19,615 nt of DNA, from positions 259,594,262-259,613,876 of the forward strand of contig JANKJI020000002.1 in the NCBI GenBank assembly GCA_024626585.2, in the 5' to 3' direction. Of this stretch, positions 11,837-19,615 are shown in pieces. The position numbers were made by a program, and so were the translations under genes. The first letter of the stretch is position 1. Each line of letters starts with the position of its first letter. The stretch comes from Ginkgo biloba (taxonomy: Eukaryota; Plantae; Ginkgophyta). Below the pieces are notes generated by a model. The model worked only from the letters and a program-made list of their open reading frames with translations. It did not search any database and had not been told where the DNA came from.

Positions 11837-12906
11837 TGACGCAGAGAGGGTGGCGATAGAGACACTCCAGGGGGTCACAGACGGATGTCGGTGGAGCGCG
11901 CCAAGTTGGTGGTCAGTTTTAGCCCGACTGACACTGATGTCCACTGCTCAAAAATCGTTATTGCCCTATCGCCACCGGCCCGCCTTCTAGGATCTCTTCA
12001 ACGAACTCTACGTCGACAACGTCGACCAACTTCTATCACGTCGGTTATCAAACTACCGAAAACCCATAGGAAATTACACCTTAAAAATTAAATGAATTTC
12101 GATTTAAAAATAGACAAACAAATATAACATAACACTATGCACCAAAGGGGCAACACAAGTCATTTTTAACTGGAGAAACCCTCGGGGGAATAAAACTCCA
12201 GATCGAATTAACCAAAGCACAAGTTTGTTACAATTGAAGCCCACTAGGCCAAATCCTCACTACTAGAGGTAAATACAAGCAGTCAATGCTGCACATCCCA
12301 AAATAGGTCTTTGCCAACAGTCTCACGAATTGCCTCACTTGGTGAATCGATTTAGAGTCTTTGTCTTTGGCTTCAATGGTGGAATCCTGTAAATGCTTCA
12401 GTGTCAACTACCACATCGCTTAGACAAAATTCGCATCGTCCCTCTGAGCTGCCTCATATTTGATGGTCTGCGCCCAACGATATCTCACGGTTCACTTCCT
12501 CGAGCCTGCAACTCTCCTTAATCTTCACACCCAGCTCGATTCACATTAGCAAAAGTCTTCCATGACTGTCACCCTGCTCACTCGGCTCGATTCTCACAAG
12601 CAAATACCTTCGAGGATTGCCATTGTTGGATCTTACTCAATCACTCCAAATTTTGGCAGCATTTTCTCTCTATTTCTCGCATGCTCTCTCATTCACTTTC
12701 AGCGTGCATCGATTTATAGATGCACTTCATGGGCTTCAAAAACCATGGCTCCAATGACTTCTTCCATCTCTAATGGATGGGTTAGGTGAGATTGAACCTT
12801 CAACGACCTTCTAGCATAAATTCCCTATAATGTCTCTCTCTCTAGTATGTCTCTATTATTTAATTAATCCACTATGATGAAAAAAATTGGATTAACAAGA
12901 ATATCA
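11837..12906 (-). mobile_element. About 1.07 kb LTR of a gypsy (CRM-like) retrotransposon, relatively young
   Basis: Starts at TGACGCAG (+ strand) next to the PBS. Contains ttaactggagaaaccctcgggggaataaaactcca (~12166-12200), which resembles a motif common near plant LTR ends, and a minus-strand CTATAAAT box. CpGs are retained. The far end at atatca (12901-12906) is inferred as deaminated gcgtca, the inverse of tgacgc. Confidence 0.7.
12712..12719 (-). promoter_or_regulatory. Putative LTR TATA box (CTATAAAT)
   Basis: Plus-strand atttatag inside the inferred LTR. On the minus strand it is followed by a GA-rich tract and points toward the PBS. Confidence 0.5.
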
Positions 12907-13371
12907 CATCCTACCTTACCAACACTAACATAAGAATAGAGTCGCACAAATCTATACTTGAGTAATAGAACCTGGGTGATTTTGTTATCAAAGTCTTGCA
13001 TACATAGTAGAGTCATAAGATTTTATAACATAGTCAAATGGTTTCTTAAAGAAGATAGGAAATAGGAAGACGTTGACCTTTACTTGATGCTTAATTGGCC
13101 ATATGCATATATTCCCAGTCCAATTTTCTGCACATAAAAGTATAACCATAATAACATAGTAGGGGGTGGTTGCATAGGTAGTGGGTAGTGGTGAGAAAAC
13201 CCATTCCTCCTCTTCCTTCATTAATAAGTTTCACAGTCACATGCCAACACTAAGCATTACAATGCTACAACATTCCATTACGTAGTCAATATATATTCTA
13301 TTATGTAATGCTAAGAGAAAATTTAACATGTAATAGTCATATCCCATGTAACAATCAGATCTTTTGCATTA

Positions 13372-13455
13372 TATAATAATTCTACAAATATTTCAAAGAA
13401 GCCAATGGTATCGTATAATAATTCTACAAACATTTTAAAGAATCTAGCGGTATAG
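13372..13455. repeat. 42-bp tandem duplication (2 copies)
   Basis: tataataattctacaaatatttcaaagaagccaatggtatcg followed by tataataattctacaaacattttaaagaatctagcggtatag; 35/42 identical. Confidence 0.9.
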
Positions 13456-13771
13456 AAAGGCTATGAAGATTTACAAATGAAAATACGTCNNNNNNNNNNN
13501 NNNNNNNNNNNNNNNNNNNNNNNNNNNNNNNNNNNNNNNNNNNNNNNNNNNNNNNNNNNNNNNNNNNNNNNNNNNNNNNNNNNNNNNNNCAAATTCACTA
13601 ATTCATCACAGAGGGGCCATAATTGGAAGAATTTATCAAGTATCTCGAAAGGTATGAGGGCAAAACTGTGATATTGGAACATAGACATGGAGACCTTCAT
13701 TTAAAATTAAAAAAATAACAAAGGGGGTGCCCATGGAATGGGGAATGTGTGATAACAGTCATAATAGGAAA

Positions 13772-14300
13772 ACTTCTATCTTTCTATCTCAGGTTCTAAA
13801 AAAAATTTAATAGCCTCTAACCATAGTATTAAATTAGATATTTTCCTTTGATCTTGACAACCATCTTCTACCATATTCAATTTTTCTCTTTGCCTTTCTT
13901 GGCTCTCTCTTATTGAAGATTTTTCTACCATATGGTTGCATGTCCCTTCAGTCTATTACATACAAACTTCACCCTCTTGGGGTATTCTATCGCNNNNNNN
14001 NNNTGAGTTAAAGTACTTCTCCATTGTTTTAACCCAATATAATAAATCTTTGGTCTTTAGGCTTCCCATAAAACTTGGAACATCCACTCTTACTCCACCT
14101 ATGTTGCTCTTTATCAACCTAGTTAACAAATATTTAGGGTTTATTTATGACCGCTCTATCTCCTTACCCTTAAGGTCTAAATCACTATCATCTTTAGATA
14201 TTTATCTTCATAATAGGTTCTTTATCTCCTCAACCCTTCTCACCAAGGTCTCAAACACTTGGATAATTAATCTATCATCTCTAGCTACTCTAAGGGGCAT
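13772..14300 (-). pseudogene. CRM-like Ty3/gypsy Gag remnant, 5' part
   Basis: From ATG at 14300: MPLRVAR...RVDVPSFMGSLKTKDLLYWVKTMEKYF...IEYPKRVKFVCNRLKGHATIW*KNLQ*ERAKKGKEKN*IW*KMVVKIKGKYL...*NLR*KD. This matches CRM-type Gag (P.F.G.L..E.L.DW...MEKYF...VK.A..KLKGHA..WW..LQ..R...GK..I..W.KM...LK.KFLP). It lies just downstream of a PBS. Confidence 0.92.
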
Positions 14301-14345
14301 CTTTTTATTTTTTCCTTCCAACTTCATTAATGTTCTATTATCTAC

Positions 14346-14357
14346 ACTCTAATACCA
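14346..14357 (-). mobile_element. tRNA-iMet PBS upstream of the Gag remnant
   Basis: Minus strand reads TGGTATTAGAGT (10/12), 45 bp upstream of the gag ATG. Confidence 0.75.
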
Positions 14358-14407
14358 GCTAATAGTATTTGACTAACTTTTTGGTACCTTTCCTAAGATT
14401 CAACTGA

Positions 14408-14880
14408 TATTTAATACCAACTAACACATATGTCATCACGTCGATGAGAACTTTGACGGGCATCAATGACTACCCCTAAGATCTCAACAAGCAAAATTGG
14501 ATGACGATGTCGTCTGGTCACTCTACTAAGTGTTAAGGTCCATCAAATATTATCATTTCATGAGGAATTCCAATGATACAAAAGAAAAAATAAATAAAAA
14601 TAATAACATAATTAAATGGTCAAGTAGAAGGCACTCATATGTCATCAACGCGAAGGCCTCCTAGTGGGCAATAGTCACATAATCCAAATTGATAATCAAG
14701 CACTTACAGTTATATGTAATAAGGAAAAAGCTACATACAAGAAGAATATAGAGGCAATCTTTTTTAATTAGAGAAACCCTCATGGGGATTAAAACTTCAA
14801 GATATATTAGCTTCAACGTAATAGATTTCTCATTTATAGTTTACATGTCATCCTCACTATTATCGGGTATTATAATTAGT
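14408..14880 (-). mobile_element. Older LTR fragment (from about 14422) with degenerate PBS (14408-14419), related to the LTR at 11837
   Basis: ttaatacca-ac-taacaca parallels ttaatacca-t-tgacgca. tttttaattagagaaaccctcatggggattaaaacttca (14761-14799) matches tttttaactggagaaaccctcgggggaataaaactcca (12163-12200) at a similar distance from the terminus (~339 vs ~326 bp). Truncated by the N gap. Confidence 0.65.
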
Positions 14881-16415
14881 NNNNNNNNNNNNNNNNNNNN
14901 NNNNNNNNNNNNNNNNNNNNNNNNNNNNNNNNNNNNNNNNNNNNNNNNNNNNNNNNNNNNNNNNNNNNNNNNNNNNNNNNGCTTCGTGGAGATAGGGAGT
15001 TATATTTAAGAGTTAAGGATACAGTTGAAGGATAAAGGGTCACCCTAAGTAGAATATAAAATGAAGAAGGGTCAATTAAATACCATTCCCATCCAAGTTT
15101 GAAAGTGCAAGTTTTTTAGAGTTTAAGATCTTGGGCTTTAGAGGAAAAAGGAACAATTCACTTGCACATAGCCTCGCAAACCCAAATGAAGAAATAAGCT
15201 CCAGTTAATCAAAGCTTCATATTTGAACCTTTTTAGGGATGATCATAGGTCATGAATTTGAACTATGCATCTCATAAGATATCAAAGGTAAAAATCGAGC
15301 ATGTGAGGGTCCCTAAATTATGTGTCATATTAACACATGTCACTATCATATTATGTCATATGACAATCCACAATATAATTACAAGTAGTAAATGTGACAA
15401 TCCTATACCTACTATGAATATGGAGGTAATTATGTCTATATCATTCTCTAAGGAGTCACCATATAGGTCACCCTACATGGTGTATAAGTGTTATTTGAAA
15501 CTCCTCCTCCACATTTGTGAAGGGGATTCATACATATATTTGTGGGGATCAACCATTACTATCTAAGATCTGCCTTAACATCTAAGGTTGGTATGCATGC
15601 TCAAGCCTTAATGAAGAGGAAGATTCACATGAGAACTAAAGAAGGAAACTGGTCAAAGCAAGAAATAATTACAGAGGTGACTAGTACTAGTTAGTGATCA
15701 ATTATGTCTAATCTCTCCAACAATCCAAGTAAAGAGAAGGATAAAGAAGAGAAGATTAAAGAAAAAAGGATTCTGCCAAGCACCATTAGTGATAAAATCA
15801 CTATGTTTATTTCCTTTGTGATATCCCAATATTTTCTACATTCTTGCTACCATGTATGTTTGGATATCGACATGGATGTCTTATGTTCTCATAGATTATT
15901 AATCGGGAAGAGTCACCTTAGGAATATTTTATGATATTACATTATTTTCCTACCACCATGAATCTAATGTACATTTTCCTATAAGGGCTTATAATAGTTG
16001 GAACATTTTTTATTTTTGTACATGTGACTATAAGATTGTTTATCAATGGAAAAGTTTTGTTGAAAGTGCTATCAATTTTTATAGTGATGTGGTGAATACT
16101 TCTTGGCATTTGAATATCGAGCACTATTATTATTTAATTGTGGGTTATTTTTACTCTCTTTCATCAACTGAATTCTAATTAAAATTTGGGTCAAGTGCTA
16201 TTGTATTAAATTTCAATAAGAATATATTTATATTGTCTTCATTTAGTATCGAGTACTATTGGTACATGATGAGGAATAATTGTTTAAATTTATGAGAACT
16301 ATGCTACATATGTTGNNNNNNNNNNNNNNNNNNNNNNNNNNNNNNNNNNNNNNNNNNNNNNNNNNNNNNNNNNNNNNNNNNNNNNNNNNNNNNNNNNNNN
16401 NNNNNNNNNNNNNNN

Positions 16416-16630
16416 ATAATTCTACGGTATTCTTTGCAACAACATGCATTTCCATGGTATTGGTATTTTTTGTACTATGGTTAATCTAATTGCCATACAA
16501 AAGGATAGAGTGCTTCTATTCCAGTGTTCCTATGATTCCAAAGCTAATTGCCCCCTTAGTTCAACACCAAATTTCTTTTGCAACATTGAAGGTCATTCCT
16601 TCATACTCCTACCGAGCAAGTACATCAATA
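16416..16630 (-). pseudogene. Possible RNase H-like (RVT_3 type) remnant
   Basis: MTFNVAKEIWC*TKGAISFGIIGTLE*KHSILLYGN*INHSTKNTNTMEMHVVAKNTVEL loosely follows KLNFDGA..G..G.G...RD..G......G.....TNN.AE..A...GL.L. The first catalytic Asp is not retained. Confidence 0.3.
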
Positions 16631-16863
16631 TCAATTCTCCTAGACTAGTCTAAAGAATATAATAAACAAGGTTTAAATCCTTAGTTGATGGGTACAAAAC
16701 ATAATTAGGTGTAGGTAAACCTACTATTGGCATTAAAGATTAAACCATTACTCCAACATGACTTCCTCACCTCCTACTTCTACATCTTCTAGCATAAAAA
16801 GGTTAATAAATGAATTGAAGGGAATTAAATAACTTAAAGAGAAATAAAAATATTGATACTTAA

Positions 16864-17140
16864 ATCTTCCTTTTAGGTATGCAACATCGAGCATTCAAAT
16901 CAAAGATGATTTAAAAGAAGGGGCCTTGTCTATTATGGTTAACCCACATAAAGCCCTATTTTACAATGTGATGTAAGTAGTGGAAGTCATACATTAAAAA
17001 GTATTATTTTACATTGAAGTAATAATTAAGGAGATGGAAATTATCAGAACTAAGTAGTAGGAACTAGTGAAATAAGGCATTGAGTAATTTAAAATCCTCC
17101 CATAAATGGCATTAGTTACCACTTTGATAAAACCCATGGA
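16864..17140 (+). pseudogene. Decayed Ty3/gypsy pol, start of RT (tentative)
   Basis: LPFRY...DLKEGALSIMVNPHK...KEMEIIRTK**ELVK*GIE*FKILP*MALVTTLIKP resembles LPP.R....IDL.PGA...N.P.YR....E.E....QV.ELL..G.I..S.SP.A.P..LV.K. Confidence 0.4.
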
Positions 17141-17649
17141 TGAGATTCAACAATTTATTCCAATTACTATCCAATGGATCTAAGAGATGATATATTAATA
17201 GGACGTATTATTTTAGATAATGTATGGATATACGAAGTTGATTATACATGTAACCACTTCTCTTGGCCAATATCAACGGGGTTCAAGTTAGGTTCTATAG
17301 ATTATGTTTATATATAATTAACTATTGATTCATTTATCGGATCCAAAATAAGAGACCATGTTGGTCTAGGGGAGCTTGTTGTTGCTAGCAGATGGTATAA
17401 GGGAAAATTAACTGCTATTGACAAATAAGGTAAGATTAGTTCATCTATTAGTGGATGGTGAAAATATAAACTTGTTGATGTCAGTGAAGAGTACAAAGTT
17501 ATGTTCCTCATTTTTAGTGATAGGCAAATTTAAGCCATCATTGTCAATATTTTTTTTTAGAAATAGTAGATAACTGATGACAAAGGGGTGATAATAGGAT
17601 TGTTAATGTTGATAGAGGAATTAAATTAAAATTCTAACTATTTGAAGGT

Positions 17650-17720
17650 TAGGGTTTATACTAGCATGACCGACTGGGGTAGATACCAATAGTGATTAAC
17701 TGGCTAGGGTTTATACTAGC
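17650..17720. repeat. Exact 16-bp direct repeat containing a telo-box-like motif
   Basis: tagggtttatactagc at 17650-17665 and 17705-17720. Confidence 0.85.
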
Positions 17721-19516
17721 TTATGCAGTTGAGGGTCTATTTTAAATCGCTGCTTANNNNNNNNNNNNNNNNNNNNNNNNNNNNNNNNNNNNNNNNNNNN
17801 NNNNNNNNNNNNNNNNNNNNNNNNNNNNNNNNNNNNNNNNNNNNNNNNNNNNNNNNATTCTACAGAGAATTACAATATTAAGAACAGGATTACCCCCCTA
17901 TATATTGATCAATTCACTTCCGCTATACTCTACTGCATCCTCCAGCACCAAGCGGGTACATCAACTATGGCCTAATAGTGGGTTAATGAGAAGCCACACA
18001 CTACATAAAGGAAGTATATTAGAGTTAGACATGTCTATAGGAAAATCTTAACCAACAAGGATGAATACTACCAAATATTTGATTGAAGTAGAGACTACTA
18101 AAGTGAAAGCCTTAATTTTTAAGGAAGATTCATTAGCCCATGAAGATGTAGTGATTTGATACATAAAAATTGATGCAATCCAATATCACATTTAATTAGA
18201 GTTATTAGAATGGTAGGAATTACAAACAAAAATCCATTTGATCACTCCCAATCTAGTTTAGGCCTAAGTGACCCCAATTTAAATCATTGACTTAGTTGAT
18301 GTATCACTTCTCTTTCTTTATTCTTCTTATCCCCTTTCTTTTATCAAAATTTTACTAATAGAATTATACNNNNNNNNNNTAAAAATTCTAAAAATGAATT
18401 TTATTTTTTTGTAAATGAGGATACATATTTTATAATGGGCATCATATTGGGTACTTGGTTAGGAGATCTAAGAAATATTTAAGTATAGACTTGTGATGAG
18501 TTGGCTTGGGATGTACAATTTAGCCTTAGAACTTATTCAATAATCAATCGATTAACCTAGACTATAAATAATGCTAACACCTACCATAAATCCTAAACTA
18601 CAAAATATTGTATGAAAACATGTATTGGTTTGCATGGACATAACCCTAGCATCTCTTTAACTCATCTCTTATTGTATAAGGAGGTGGCGATAAACGATAA
18701 GCAAAAAGACATGTTTCTAATCACGAGAAATTATGAAGCACTAAAAGAAAATGAAGAGGAAACTTTTAAATGATTATAGATTTAAAAAATTTTGTATCCT
18801 ACTTCTGAAATAATCAAATTGGTTGGTCTATTCATTTATGATAATTTATAGGGGGGATTAATATTTCTCAAGAGATATCAATGCAACAGTAAATCAATGG
18901 TGTGTCTTTAAAATTAGTATGTTTATCATTTTAAAAAATATATTTAATTAGTAAGTAGTAAAATATCCATAACTTATATACATAAACCTTTTTTAATAAA
19001 AAAAAAATGCCATTCTTAACACACCTATACTAGAGTTTTATAAGAGTATTTTGTGACTTATTGAACTAATAGTACATCCAATCAAAGTTAAAGAAGTTAC
19101 TTCTTTGTATACTAAATTTCTTCCAACATAGTCTCACTTCTTGTTAAGTGATTTCATGTGATTAATGAGTGACCATATAAGATTAACTAATTCATCAAAG
19201 AAAATTAAACAACATACCAAGAATAAATTTAGCCTAAAAGGGATCACATGTAAGGGACCAAGAATACCTACATAATGCTTTCCCCTTAGTTGGCTCGATA
19301 ATAGTATTGACTTTATAAGCCCTCGATATTTTAAGACAAATAAACAATATATATAATACCAACATAATATGCACTATATAAATAATGTTAGGGGTTGGTG
19401 TATGAGATAAATTACTATAATGAGAATATTAAATATAAGAAGCAAGTCAAAATTATTATATAATACCCAAAGGGTTTGAATGAATACATGATATATTAAT
19501 GGGACAAAGTGGTAAA

Positions 19517-19615
19517 GAATAGAGGAGCAATATTTTTAAAATTAGATGTAAATCTAATGGTAGATCATGCAAGGTGATTATTGACAGTGGCAACTGCGAG
19601 AATATGGTCACTGTG
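19517..19615 (+). pseudogene. CRM-like Ty3/gypsy aspartic protease N-terminus, runs off the window
   Basis: E*RSNIFKIRCKSNGRSCKVIIDSGNCENMVTV matches QR.NIF.TRC...G.VC.VIIDSGSC.N.VS. The catalytic DSG is at 19583-19591. Confidence 0.88.

Noticed and set aside
13936-14352. 138-aa + strand ORF
   Set aside because: Antisense shadow of the minus-strand Gag remnant; no independent protein signal.
14981-15941. Possible + strand LTR ending in gatattaca
   Set aside because: Composition is LTR-like, but the start is in a gap and no PBS follows.
15942-16124. 60-aa ORF with PRSIHHITI, weakly like the gypsy pre-RT motif
   Set aside because: Downstream residues do not continue the RT pattern.
13372-17720. 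Two-copy direct repeats as CRISPR-like arrays
   Set aside because: Only two copies each, no spacer series, no cas genes, and the context is eukaryotic TE DNA.
18395-18525. GIILGTWLGDL resembling the retropepsin C-terminal DVILGxxWL
   Set aside because: Single short motif with no upstream DSG/DTG seen.

Overview
This is AT-rich, CpG-depleted, gap-riddled eukaryotic DNA. It is most consistent with a large plant genome, and the retroelement peptides resemble gymnosperm-type elements (inference). I see no intact host gene, RNA gene, CRISPR array or prokaryotic system. The window is a graveyard of decayed LTR retrotransposons: Ty3/gypsy RT-connection/RNase H (3356-3823, -), two gypsy Gag remnants (7036-7428, +; CRM-like 13772-14300, -), a CRM-like protease at the right edge, several tRNA-iMet primer-binding sites with adjacent LTR ends (all on -), and weaker Copia RT, gypsy RT and RNase H traces. 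Two things are not explained by these remnants: an old, ~80%-identical foldback palindrome of at least 1.15 kb with almost no spacer (2100-3255), and a long pseudogenised ORF of unknown family with a coiled-coil C-terminal part (about 10451-11692, possibly starting near 9358). All alignments and translations were done by eye, so identities are approximate.
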